Assembly: GCA_030295235.1 (NCBI GenBank)
Contig: AP026167.1
Span: 434,001 to 498,000 of the forward strand
Source: Fistulifera solaris
Taxonomy: Eukaryota
Direction: 5' to 3'
DNA length: 64,000 nt
Part shown: positions 13,635 to 26,052 of the stretch, in pieces
Layout of the letters: each line of letters opens with the position of its first letter
Numbering within the stretch: the first letter of the stretch is position 1
Notes under the pieces: generated by a model
Database searches by the model: none
What the model saw: the letters and a program-made list of their open reading frames with translations, nothing else
What the model was told of the DNA's origin: nothing
Program-made: the position numbers and the translations under genes

Positions 13635-15660
13635 TCAGGGCACGCCGGTGTGAAAATCGATCATACGCCAGCTTGTCGGAAACTCGCGCGCGTAAAAAAC
13701 TTTCTTGACAGGATAATAATGTTGCATATGATCGAAGCGGTCCTCTAAAGCATAATACCAACTATTCGAAATGCCTTGATCGTAACCAGGCACTTTTTGC
13801 TTACCCTCATGATAGCCACGTAAGCGCATGATGTAGCTCTGTTTGTAGCAACAAAATAAATTAGTCACGCGCAAGAGGTCTCCAGCCAAAAGTATATGAT
13901 TTACAACGTACCGAAAAGGTGGAAAACCAACAACCGAAGAAGATTCGTCCACGGGATGCAACGAGTTGGTCGATCATCCCAAAATAGTTCGAGTTTATTC
14001 CTCGTAATTCTGCCATGAAATCGTCAAGAAAAACGACATCGTAGTGTTCCATGAGTGGATTGAAATAGGATTTGTCTCGTTCGTCTGTCGCAATATAGAC
14101 TGTTGCCCCGTCTTTTATCTTTTTCTGCGCCTGCTGCAATATCTGCGAAGCTTCAACCCGTGTTTTCTTGTACTGAAAGTCACCTCTACGGATATGAAAA
14201 CTATCGAACTCACCACTCTCACTATTCCAGTTTAATCGAACACGCTGTCGAATCGCTTGAACAACCCGTGCTGCCGCGCATTGTATACTATCAATATATC
14301 GGCTGAAACGTTTGCTGACTGAATGAGACACCGAAACACAAGAAGCACACGACAAGAATGTTGTTGCTGAACGTACACATGATCCCGAATAAAGCGCTTT
14401 CCCCAAAGGTCTTGTTTCCAATCTTCCATGAACAAAAATGCGTAAAAATGAACTAGCAACCGTGCTCCCAACTTTTGATCACCCGAAAAGTGCACCAACG
14501 GAGAATGCTGCATTTCAGTATCGTAGATGCAAAGACCGTCACGTTCGGCCCAATTCTCCGCCAACCGGTCGACTGCGGGTGCATCTACGGGTACCGGATT
14601 GTCGACATAATCTTCCCAATGGGGTGGATTGTTTTTCATTTGTAGTTCCAGTTCTCTTAGGTTCGCATCATTGTCTCGTTCTTTCGGAAATGCAGCAAGA
14701 CACTTTTCCGGATTCCATGGCGCCACATGAGCTACCTTCCGTAACCACCGAAACAACTCATCCATCTCTGCCGGTGGTGCTCCGTCCCATTCCGTCCGAT
14801 TCCCCGGTGGAAACGTCGCTTGACCGGTCGCTCGATCCACAAATTGTCCCTTCATGACATGTTCGCTTAAAAATTCCGACATGGATATTATACTTAATCC
14901 AGCATGTTCTTCATGAATAGCTCGCATATTGAAAAAGTGCGCAAACGAAAAGTGTTTGCGTTGTTGTTGCCCCCTGGTGGTGCTTGGCGGTGAGCAGATA
15001 AAATTCCTTTTCGGGAGGAAGAACGAGCGTACGTCCCATGGCGAAAGCGAGAGCCAGAACCGTTTCCCTGTGTCAATGTGAAATATAAAAGATTTTATAA
15101 GAGAAAGATTTTCACCAGATGCGAAGAAAGAAGCACCGGAACGCAATTATCACTGATTTTGTTGATGACACAGAAACTTACATCGCCCTGTGTTCGCAAG
15201 TTGGAAAGAAAAACAAAAGTCAGTAGACGATCGAATGCTGAACGGTCTCCTTTGATTCCGTTTAAAAAGCAGCAACTTACATTCGAATATTGTTCCAGCC
15301 TCCATTGTCTGGTTCAAAAGTGAGAAACTGGTTGGGTCGATAGAATGGACTGATGTGACGATTGTCTTCTGGAATATCCGACCAGTATACCATTTCTTGA
15401 CTGGCCTCATCCGAGGGTCCTCCCCAACGCTCACAGGATAGCCCTGCTAAGGAGAAATTACTAGCAGTATAATCGGTTGCAGATTCAGCATCATCGTCGT
15501 CTTGCTGCGCGTTTCCTTCGGACAGAAAGGATTGGAGATGAGCGTGTTTGACCGTCGGTATATCTTGCAAGTGCAGTTGATTTACATACAAGGAAACTGC
15601 CGCAAAGAAGACCAGTAAAAAGGCGAAAGAGATGGTTGGATTGCATGCGGAAGAGGGCAT
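13635..15660 (-). CDS. O-fucosyltransferase family, paralogue 2 (6-nt micro-exon 15182-15187; frameshift near 14975)
   Basis: Same motifs as paralogue 1: TFEPDNGGWNNIRM, HFYAFLFMEDW, FHIRRGDFQ, VYIATDERDK, DQLVASRG, REFPTSWR. Confidence 0.85.
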
Positions 15661-15810
15661 CTTCTTCAAGTGGATCTAATGTCTATTGTTCATTCTCATC
15701 ATTGTTGGTTTTATTGCAAACAGGGCATTCTGGTCGCTTCCAAACTGCCGCAGAAGTTCATTTAGAAAGTCATAATCATGTTTTTATATTTTGATTTTAC
15801 CGCTTTACGT

Positions 15811-15928
15811 GGGAACGACCATACTACGATGACAGCACCGCTTCCCGTCTGCTCAGCGAAGTTAAGCATCGTCAGGCCCAGTTAGTACTACGGTGGGGGA
15901 CCACGTTGGAATCCCGGGTGTTGTTCTT
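15811..15928 (+). rRNA. 5S ribosomal RNA (single copy)
   Basis: GGGAACGACCATAC...GAAGTTAAGC...GTTAGTACTACGGTGGGGGACCACG..GGAA..CC.GGTGTTGTTC, about 118 nt with complementary ends (GAAC/GTTC), followed by a T run. Confidence 0.96.
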
Positions 15929-15940
15929 TTATCTTTTCTT
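15927..15940 (+). terminator. Pol III oligo-T terminator of the 5S gene
   Basis: TTTT then CTTTTCTT directly after the 5S 3' end. Confidence 0.7.
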
Positions 15941-16058
15941 CTAAGAAGAGTTCGCAGTACGCATTGGCGTTCTTCTTTTCTCTAAATTCATTATTTTTCC
16001 TACTTGTACTTCTAGTGAACAACCATTTCCAATACAACCATTAAGATCATTAAAGAGA

Positions 16059-16601
16059 ATGAGCAGCAAAAATAAAACAATTCTGGTAACGGTGGGAACG
16101 ACACAATTCGATGATCTCGTGCAATGCGTGACGGCCGATCAAGCGTTGCAAAGCATGGCGAATCTCGGCTATTATCGACTGGTGATTCAGTATGGGAAAG
16201 GATTAAGGCCCAGTACCATCAGCACAAAATACGAAATCGAAATGATTTGTTACGATTTCAAATCGTCACTACAAGAAGATATTTTACAAGCCGATCTCAT
16301 TTTATCACACGCGGGTGCGGGGACTGTGATGGAATGTTTGACGTTGCATCGCAAGCTGGTGGCAGTGATCAATTCCAAGCTCATGCACAATCATCAAATG
16401 GAATTAGCGGTAGCGTTGCAACAGCGGGGGCACTTGTACATGGTCGAACAGCCTCAAGATTTGTGGATACCGGAATTATGGGAGGCCATCGATCAGTTTG
16501 ATCCACTGCCTCATCCGGCTGGTGATGAGTATGCCTTTCCGAGGCTCCTAGATGAATTTTGTGGCTTCAGGAATAACAGCAATTCCTCTAAAATACAGTA
16601 A
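16059..16601 (+). CDS. ALG13: UDP-N-acetylglucosamine transferase subunit ALG13
   Basis: LVTVGTTQFDDLV, LVIQYGKG, ADLILSHAGAGTVME, VINSKLMHNHQMELA. Confidence 0.96.
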   Translation: MSSKNKTILVTVGTTQFDDLVQCVTADQALQSMANLGYYRLVIQYGKGLRPSTISTKYEIEMICYDFKSSLQEDILQADLILSHAGAGTVMECLTLHRKLVAVINSKLMHNHQMELAVALQQRGHLYMVEQPQDLWIPELWEAIDQFDPLPHPAGDEYAFPRLLDEFCGFRNNSNSSKIQ

Positions 16602-16975
16602 GCGAGCACGGTCAAACCAATAAACGATTAGAATTAGAGCTTGCGAAGGTATTTGGTCGTCACCATGAGTTGAACCAATATTTTTTTCAAGTGCTCACTC
16701 CGATGTTTGTTATCGAGCAAACATCCGACCATGCACTTGCTCGTTTGTAAGGGATTCGTCGCAGCGGTTTGTTTGATGGGAAAGAATCATACAGTACAAT
16801 CTGGACGGTCCGCCCACTTCGACTTTTGATTCCTATAAGAAATCGGGAGGAGGCTTTGAAAGAAGCCGCGACCTCTTGCTTTAATTAGAGTGTACGATAG
16901 GTGAGTGTATGACTTGACTCGTCCACCTTGAGCCTGAATTCAACCAGCGTATCCGCATTCTCCCCGATATTTTTT

Positions 16976-18615
16976 TTATGAAATGTCATGATCAATATCC
17001 CTCCAACTTGTGGGAAACTCTCTGGCATAAAGGGATCCAAACAATGGCCAGTATCCACGCATGCGGTGCTTTTTCTCAATGGGAGCATAGTAGTAGGATG
17101 AGACGATTCCGTGTTTGTATCCTTTTACTTTGTTCTTGTCCGCATGATAACCTCGGATGCGATTGATGTATCCGGTGAAAGTGCTAAACCAACAACCAAA
17201 GAACACTCTTGATTGACTTGCCACTAGCTGATCGACCATCCCATAGTACATAGTATCCATTCCGTCAAGTGAATGCACAAAGTCATCCAAGAAAACAATG
17301 TCAAATTGCTTTTGAAGATCCGCGAAGAACGTCTTGTTGCGCTCATCGGTGGCTACATAGACGACCGCTCCGTGGCGGATTTCTGGTTGCGACGCGTTGT
17401 ATATATCGCTGGCGGATATACGTGTTTTCTGACATTGAAATTCTCCTCGACGAATGTGAAACGCATCAAACTCCCGACGGCCGGTGCGCTTAAAGGCATG
17501 ATCCCGCACCGCCTGCACCACACGCGCCGCCGCACACTGGATATGATCGGCATAGCGAAGGTGATCCCGAACCAAGCGCTTGTAAAACAGATCATTGTGC
17601 CAGTTTTCGAAAAAGAGGAATGCATAAAAGTGGGTCAGTAGACGTCCGCTCAATTTGGGTTTGCCGTGAAAATGTAAAAGTCGTTGTTGCTGCAACGTAG
17701 CGTTGTAGACACAAAGTTGTTCACGTCCAGCGCGCATTTCACTCAAACGATCGGTGGAAGGAGCACCGACAGAAACGGGATGACCGAAGTATTGTTCTGG
17801 CTTGGGAAAGGCTTGATTCTCCAGCCTCATGGAAAACCAAGACTCCAGTTCTGACACACTCGACTCGTCGTCAGAAAACACGGCAATACACTTCTCTGGA
17901 TTCCACGAGGGCATCGTTGCCACACTCCGTATCCAGGGTTGAAACTCGGTAGCAATTTCGTACGACATGCCGTCCCAATGCGTGCGATTGTGGGGTGGCC
18001 GTAATAAAGGTCTCTCGCGACGCAAAAATTCTTCCGTGGAAATGATTTCCAACCCAGCTTGTTCACGGCTTATGCGCGAGAGTGGCAGGAAAGTGTCCAA
18101 TGTGATAGTATTCTTGCCTTTTTGGCTTTCTAGCAAATAATATTCCTGTGCCGGGGGCTAGAGAGAGAAGTGAGAATAACGAATTGAAGAGTCGACAACA
18201 AGCAATTATATGTCTTCAAACAGACCATCACCAAAGTTCGTCCCATAGCATGCGCCATAACAATGACTGTTTCCAGATTCATTCGAACATTATTCCAGCC
18301 TCCTTTATCGGGCTCGAATGTCAAGTATTTGGTCGTCTTGCTGTTGTAAAATGGTGATGTGTAGGCGGCATCTGTCGGTATATCCCTCCAATAGATCATT
18401 CCGGACGCATCTTCGGGCCCACCATACGACAAACAATTCAATTCTGCCAAAGGACTATGCTCATCGATCACAATATGGTTTTCGAGGGTCCATTGAGGTT
18501 CCGGTAGAAGGAACGGAAGCCCTATCGGAATGAAACATCCGAGAAAAAGCAAAATAAAAACAAGAGCGATGACCGCCATAGAACCAAGCGGTTTCCGTCG
18601 ACGCTGCTTTCCCAT
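16976..18615 (-). CDS. O-fucosyltransferase family, paralogue 3 (single intron near 18158-18225)
   Basis: TFEPDKGGWNNVRMNLETVIVMAHAMGRTLVM|PPAQEYYLL, HFYAFLFFENW, FHIRRGEFQ, VYVATDERNK, DQLVASQS, REFPTSWRD. Confidence 0.87.
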
Positions 18616-19046
18616 TTCAAATGAAACAGTAAACTACTGCTTATTACTTCGATACGTCATTGTAGTCATTACAATTTGATTCATTGCTGTTGTTACTGTT
18701 TGGAAAAGCTGTGATTATTGCGAAAAAAAATAAAAATAGCACCGAACCATTTTTCGGGTCAAAGATGCTACGCTTCGAAAAGTTTATCAGTATGCGACCC
18801 GGATGTTTTAGTACCTTTTTCCTTCAGAGTAATAAGTCTTACCAGGTATCGTGTTTCAGAACGGCGTTTCAAATCACGAGTGACATACTTCAAGCTTCAC
18901 CTTTTCAAAAATTTGCTCGACCATCATGCGAGCACAGACGAAATGCTATAAATACGAAATAATTGACAATTGACAATTGAAAACAACTATATTCTGCAAA
19001 AGGCTTTTAATTCGTCGAATTGATTGGTGGCGTCTATCCGGAAAGA

Positions 19047-22000
19047 ATGAATCTTAACACAATACTCCTGCTTTTTTTTTCTTGTCATTATTCCGATGCC
19101 TTTGCGCCTCGTCTGACACGAGGCATACACACTACACTGAGGGAAACGAGTACTAAACCATGGTTCTTTGCCGATAAGCAAGTCGTGAAGAAAGAAGAAG
19201 AACAAATCGATGCAGCCACAGAAACAAGAATATTGGGTTCACAAGAACTGCTCATGGCACCACGTCAATACAGTTTGAGTGATGAAACATTCCCCGCTAT
19301 GAATCATGTCGCGTGTGCCATTTTATCCGCTACTCCGGATTCCAACGTCATTCGACAAGCACTGAACTATGTTATGCAAACACACCCTTTGCTTAGAGCG
19401 AAAATTATTGGGGACGGAGAACCAGAGAAACGCATCGATCTCTTCCAAATGGTGCGAAAGGTACGTCTCTACAATTGTGTCAATCCTCGTTGAAAGACAC
19501 TCGAGTCGTCTCTATAATCTCATTCGTTTCTGGTAGGGCGATCCAAATCCGATGCAATTTCAAGTAGATTCTTCGCTCACCGCGGATGCAGTTCTACATA
19601 TCATCGATACGGATCAGTTGGAAACAAGCTGGCAAACTGCTTTTGCTCGGAACTTAGATGACGGGACGTGGTGTGATGTGACGGTAGGGCCTTTGTGGAA
19701 GCTAGAATTGCATCGAGACAAGAAAACGGGAAAATGCGCCCTCTTGTTTGCGTTCAATCATGCCATTTCCGATCAAAGTAGTGTCAACCGGCTGGTCGAC
19801 CAGATTTTGCGTAAAGTAGTCGTATTGGAGAAGGGCGAAACACTGCCCCTGCAGCCGCAACGTATACCCGTGGCATTGGAAGATTCCGTCTTGGGTATGC
19901 AACAGAGATGGTCGGATGTAACAACAAATGGGGTGTCGGTCGACACTATCCAATACGTTGCGAGTAAGGCGGCGGAGGGATTGCGCAATCCGGTCATTCT
20001 CCCGGAATCGTCGTCATCGAACAGCGGGAATCCACTGGGTGCACTCACGATCATTTCCGGACAAACTGCTGGAGGAATGGATACCGAACAACGAAAATCG
20101 ACGGTACAATTTCGGTCGTTGTCTCCGAGTCCTACATCAGCGTTGTTATCGCAATGCCGCGCCAAGAATGTATCTGTCACCAATCTTTTGACAGCAGCCG
20201 TTACGTTGACCGCAACTGATTTCATCGGAGACGGAACTGACACGAGTAGTGAGCGCAACTACAAAATATTACAGTCCATGGATATGCGTCGTTTTGGACA
20301 GCAACTTGATAAGGGCGAATCGGTGGCGTGTATGGCAGGTTCCATGGATTTGATGCACGGGCCTTTACCGGATCGTTCCGGAGAACGAGTTAGAACGGGT
20401 GAAGAAACCGAACTAGTATGGAAATTGGCCATGGAAGGAAAAGAGCAGACAGCACAGTTCATAGACAAGGGCGGACCCGAGCAAGCGGTTCGAGTGTTCG
20501 ATTTTGCCATGTCCGTTGCAGACTTGAACAATTTAGTTTACTTGACAGCTCAATCCAAAGACACAAAAGGCAGAGCATACAGTGCTGGAATAGCTAACAT
20601 TGGTGTATTCGAAAGCCAATCGGCATTTGGTACCAAAGCGGAGACTTTAAAGAGTAAACACGGGAGATATCAAGTGGAAAATATGTTCTTTGCGACCTCG
20701 CATGTACAATCGGGATGCCTGTATCAAGTATCGTGTATGACGGTAGATGGGAAATTGGAGTTGACATTCCACCCTGTTTCTCCTATTGTAAGCGAAGAGA
20801 CAAACCAGAAATTTGCCGATACATTTATGGAACTTCTCGAAGTTATTGCTGGCACGAAAGGTCCGGTGTCCATCGACTCCGCCAGCAGCAAGATCCCGAT
20901 TCTCCCTAAGAATATTCTCACTAGAGTTGCTGCGGTTATCGGAATCGGTTCCGTCTTGAGTCACTCAGCTGCTTGGGTTGATTTCTTCCGCTCCGTGTTG
21001 GAAATGAAAGCCAACATTGCCGATCCTGCTGACTTTTGGGCCGCTATCAACTTCTGGATCTTCTTCGCCGTCGGCCACCCTCTTCTACAACCAATTTTGT
21101 ATCTGAGCGATCTTCTTCATGGCAGTCCAGGTCCCCTGGTGGGAAACCTAGTTCCCTTTTCTTTCTTGGCGGGGAATGCTGTCGTTCTCTTCGCCATTAT
21201 GAAATTCAAAGATGTAAGTTGGATTTGTACGCTCATAAAGCATTCGACATCTCCATGGAGTTCAACTAACCCCGCGATCCCGCAGCTACGAAACGCGTTA
21301 AACGTTGCCGCACTGGCCGCGTTCTTCTCCTACGTGGGTGCTGGTTTAGATGGAACTGCGGGACTTGGAGACTTTAACCTTGCCTTAGATGACAACTACA
21401 AAGGCCAGATCGTGAAAGGATGCCCCGCATACGAAGACGTTCGACAGCCCAGTATGGACAACTTTGATCTAAACAAATATCAAGGCCTGTGGTACGAGCA
21501 GAAGTTTCACGATTGGACACAATTTAAAGAGGTCTACGATACCTCTCTCGATATCAGGGTGAGTCGATTGACCAAGTACTAACGCAAATTGTCTTGAACT
21601 GGTGCTTGAAGGAGTTACTCACACACTTGAAATTCTCAGTTAACGGAAGGAGGCAAGGGATGGGTGGATGACTTTGGCGTGAAGGGACCCGCTCCCGACG
21701 CTGCACCACTCTTCCTGGGACAAGAGTCCCGTGGCCAATGGCGCGCATTACTTTTTATTTGGACGCGTCGATGAGCGCGATCCTCCGGGAATTTTACGAG
21801 AAAAAGGATTTGGTGTTGAATTTCCCAATTACATTGTGGATGTTAAGAAAGATCCTAAAACGGGTGAATACACGGAATCGATACAATTTCAGTGCCTGGA
21901 ACGAGGCGGAGTTCGGGTTTTTGAAGGTATCAATTTCATGTCGCGCAACAAGGTTATGACCGACGAAGAATTGATGGCTATGCATGCTCGAGCTGAAAAA

Positions 22001-22171
22001 GCGGGCATGTATCCCTACGGAGCGAGTCCTGAGCAGATGCATCGCGTAGCACAGAGACCGGAGAATGCTCCGGCCATTGACAATAGTTGGCAGGCCATGT
22101 GGAGAGCGATTGGCCTAGACAAATTGCTAGAGTTGCTTACCGAGTCTATTGAGGATGGCGGACGAGAATAA
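19047..22171 (+). CDS. Plastid-targeted fusion: CoA-dependent (condensation/alcohol acetyltransferase-like, HxxxD) acyltransferase + TM segments + lipocalin domain
   Basis: Presequence MNLNTILLLFFSCHYSDA-FAP. Acyltransferase motifs HPLLRAKI, GPLWKLEL and FNHAISDQSS. Several hydrophobic helices, then lipocalin motif FDLNKYQGLWYE. Introns 19461-19536, 21214-21285 and 21559-21639. One-base frameshift near 21711. Confidence 0.78.
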
Positions 22172-22483
22172 AGTAATTTTACGAGTAGGGTAGCGTGATC
22201 GAACGTGTTTTCATCAAGCTACATAAGTTCGTTATTGCTGCATCTCGTCCGTATTGGCTTGTGTGACCCAACCTTAGGCAGGATGTTTGATTCTGAACTT
22301 GAACCTTATAGGTGCATGTATCGTCCGAACAACATGAAATAATAATAATACGGAGTAATAAAAATGAAACGTTCATCGCATCCGCATCAATCATTCTCTC
22401 TTTTGTTTCCTGTGCATGATTTCTAAAACCTGCTGTAGAACTAAACTAGAAGGAAACAAGTGAATGGTTCTCGGAAGGAAACT

Positions 22484-25400
22484 ATGGCAGCAGAAAGCGA
22501 TGAGGATAACAATAACAATCGACACAGCCAGCCTTTTCTGTTTGCCGAACAGGAGCAAGTCTTTGCAAATATTGAACTATTGCGATGCAGCCAAGACGAT
22601 TTGTCGGAAAAGGCACAAGAAACCCGCCTTATATTCGACAAATATCTTGAGTGTCCTACACTGCTGGACCCCTCCTTACCGAAACTAGTGGAATGCTTGA
22701 GTCGAGGGTATCTTCATCGTCCGCCCAACGAAGCAAACGGTGCCTCCATGTTATCCATCTTGTATTCGCTTTCTAAAGTAAGGGGGTGGAAACACGTCGT
22801 GCGCTTTTTACCCGCACATAGTGAACACATTCTTATCGTGTGGGAAGCCTTGCAAACGTCGTCGTCTTGGGAATCGATTTATATCCTGTGGCATTGGATG
22901 GCCGTATTAAGTCTCGTGCCGTTCGATGTACAAGTCATGGTGGCGGAAGAACAAACGTGGTTGTCCCAAATGTTCGACTCGGCCCGTCAACAGTGTCACG
23001 ATGCGGGCCCGACGCGCGAGGCTTCCGCAATTTGTGTGGCTGCGTGGTTGTCGCGTGCGGATGTCTTTGCGATGCAGTGGTCCGTGTACGAAGCCTATGT
23101 GCAGCAAACTATAACTCAATATTCAAGTAAAAGCCAGACGGATGTGTTATTTCCACTCTTGGGAGCTCTAAAAGTGCTTAACACAATGCTCAAAACCTGT
23201 CGCACCGATCGGGAACAGCTGGTGCAACACTTTTTGCCCTTTTGGGATCCATTGTGGAAAATTGGGGAAAAACAGAAAGATCTACTAGTGACACACCAAT
23301 TGATCAAGTGGTGGGCACGCATGGCGGCAGCGCATTTGCCGCCGCGGATTGCACCGTGGCGGTATCAACGGGGGAAGCGTCTCTTATTCGTATTGTCTGA
23401 AACTACCAGCGAGACTCTTAACGACGAAAGTATAGAAAAGGAAAGGGAAACATTATGGAAGGTTCCAGATTTAGTGGAAGATGTCATGGGTCGCATTCTT
23501 TTGCGTTGCGAAATTCTTCTACCGTTGTTCGGTGGTCGGCGGCCAAAGGAGTGGGTCGTCTCACGGAACGATTGCCGGCTCTTTGCGCAGATGATGTGGT
23601 GGACGCCTTGTTAGAGACAGTGGAAGAAGAATCAGATGATGATAAGGTTTGGCACGGAACTTGTTTGGCAGTAGCAGAATTGGCGCGTCGTGGGTTACTG
23701 TTGCCCCATCGACTCGAGGAAGTTGTACCATTTGTCATAAGGGCGATCCATTTTGATGCGAGTCCGCCGTCATCGTCATCCACAGCAACTTCTAGTGTAG
23801 GAGCTCATGTCCGCGATGCTGCTTGTTATACGTACTGGGCATTTGGAAGGGCCTTTCACCCAAGTGTATTACGACCTTTCTTACGGGAGCTCAATCACGC
23901 GGCTGTTGTCACGAGCTTGCTGGACCGTGAGGTCAATTGTCGGCGAGCCGCTAGTGCTGCATTTCAAGAAGTTGCGGGTCGTCAGAAAGGAAATGTGCCC
24001 CACGGGATCGACATTTTGACAACGGCGGATTTTTTTCTCTTTAGGGAATCGGACAAACTCGTATACAAAGATCGCCTGCTCTGTTGCAACTTACGTCGAA
24101 TACAGAAAACCCATCATCAACCATCTCTACCGAGAAAAGCTCTTCCACTGGGATATTTCCATCCGGACACTGGCAGCTAATACTCTTGGTCGAATTGTGC
24201 CACTGGATGCAAGCTATTTCTGCTCGATCATCTTGCCAGATCTACTGGAGAATTCCCTTGATATGAAAAATTTGCACGTGCGTCATGGTGCTGTGGTTGG
24301 AGTTGCGGAAATAACATTTGCTCTAGCGACAAACGGTAGACTCTCCCAAATCTCTAATAAACACATGACTGTGCTAAAACGCTTAGTTGCGAACATTGAA
24401 AAGAAAAGGCTGTATCGAGGACGCGGAGGAGAAATTATGCGGTCAGCTATTTGCCAGTTGGTGAAACGCATTTCACAGTCTCGAATCGACCTATCAGTGA
24501 AAGAGCAAGTTCAGTTGCTGGATTCTGTGGATGCCTGCATCCCTCACCCGTCCGAAAGTATTCAAAACGATGCCTGCCAAGCTCTCCATCAACTACTGAT
24601 GGCTTATTTCCCAGTTAGCGAACATGGGCCCTCCGACAGGCTACAGAATCGTGTGGTCGGCAAATTTACTGATACGTGTTCATCAAGCGAAAATCCAGCG
24701 GCTACCAGAGGCTATGCTCTTGCACTGGGTTATTTACCAGCGAAACTCGTCGCTCCCTCTGATGCTGTCTTAAGCTGTGTCATTTCTTGTCTTATTGAGT
24801 CTTCCAAGCACACGAGCCTTGTTGGAAGTGAAGGCGACGCCGAAACTCGAAGAAATGCTCTTTTCTCTCTTCGTCGGATCGCGACAAGGGCATTGACTGC
24901 TCGCGACACGTCAGAAACTTCATATCCTGTTGTCTTTATAAGCGTAGACTTGGTATTTCAAGTTTTGGATGCCCTTTATCTTGCTTTGAATGATTACAAA
25001 ACAGATCGCAGAGGCGATGTGGGTTCCTGGTGCCGCATGGCTGCGATCGACGGGATGGTCGAAATACTATTGCTTTCCGGCGATAACGCTGAGCTTGCCG
25101 GTCGTTTATCACATGGCCATGCTACAAGATTAGTTGCGGCCATTTTGAAGCAGCTTGGTGAAAAATTGGATGTTGTTCGTAAGTGCGCTGGTAACGGTTT
25201 AGCGAGAATTCTCTTGCATGAACCGCATATCACTGGAATTGACTTCAGAAGCGAACTTCAAAATGCTTTAGGGGTGGCAGGAACGCCTCCAAATTGGGCC
25301 GATTCCTCGCTGGCATTCGACCGTTTGAAGGATGTGATTTCACTACAAGACGTTCCTGACCTTTACGTCGATAACGTTCTTTTCGGACTTATAGTGAGTG

Positions 25401-26052
25401 TTGGCGGTCTTACCGAAGCCGTCAGCAAACACGCATTCTCTTCTCTTTACAATGGACAAGAGAAGGCGATGAAAGCCGACGATTAAAGCTGTGGGAGCTT
25501 ATAAACAACCTACTTGCACAAAATCGAGGCACGCGCCGCGTTATTCTCCCAGCTTTGAAATCAATGTCAAAACTTATCACACGCCAATGTTTTGATGACA
25601 TTGTGCAAAGACACGACACAGTATCAACTTTACAGGTTTTTATTGATTTAGAAGCACAAACCAGTAAAGATATGCAAACACTCTTTGCGTTGGTGGATGT
25701 ATCAGTGTCGCTCCTTCATTCTTCGCCTACTTTACATCAGCCTTCATTGCGGTTCCTGCTGCAAATGCTGATTCATCAATATCCGCGAATGAGATCATAT
25801 GCTGCAGATCAGTTATATGTCTTCCTCCTGGAACTGGAAGGGCAGCTGCCAGGTGGGAAAATCGCAACACGTAGTCTGGACATAGTGTCGAAAACATGTT
25901 GGGCAACGCAGGATGCTGCCGATTTGAAAGTTATCTTAACTGAACTGCGTACATTGCTTGACGTCCAAGGGAGCGCTGAAAGTATTTCAATTACAAGTCA
26001 TCCGTGTACCCCCGTAGCGACTTGGAGTGGCGAGCGCAATTCAGCGCTTTGA
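22484..26052 (+). CDS. TBCD: Tubulin-specific chaperone D (frameshifts near 23500, 24030 and 25450)
   Basis: KYLECPTLLDPSL, KVRGWK, TVVRWSAAKGVGR, WHGTCLAVAELARRGLLLP, VRDAACYTYWAFGRA, DREVNCRRAASAAFQE..GR, DY..DRRGDVGSW. Confidence 0.95.

Noticed and set aside
25991..26052. Apparent 62-bp overlap of the 3' ends of TBCD and the GT-like gene
   Set aside because: The TBCD tail is unconserved and indel errors are common here, so the true stop may be earlier.
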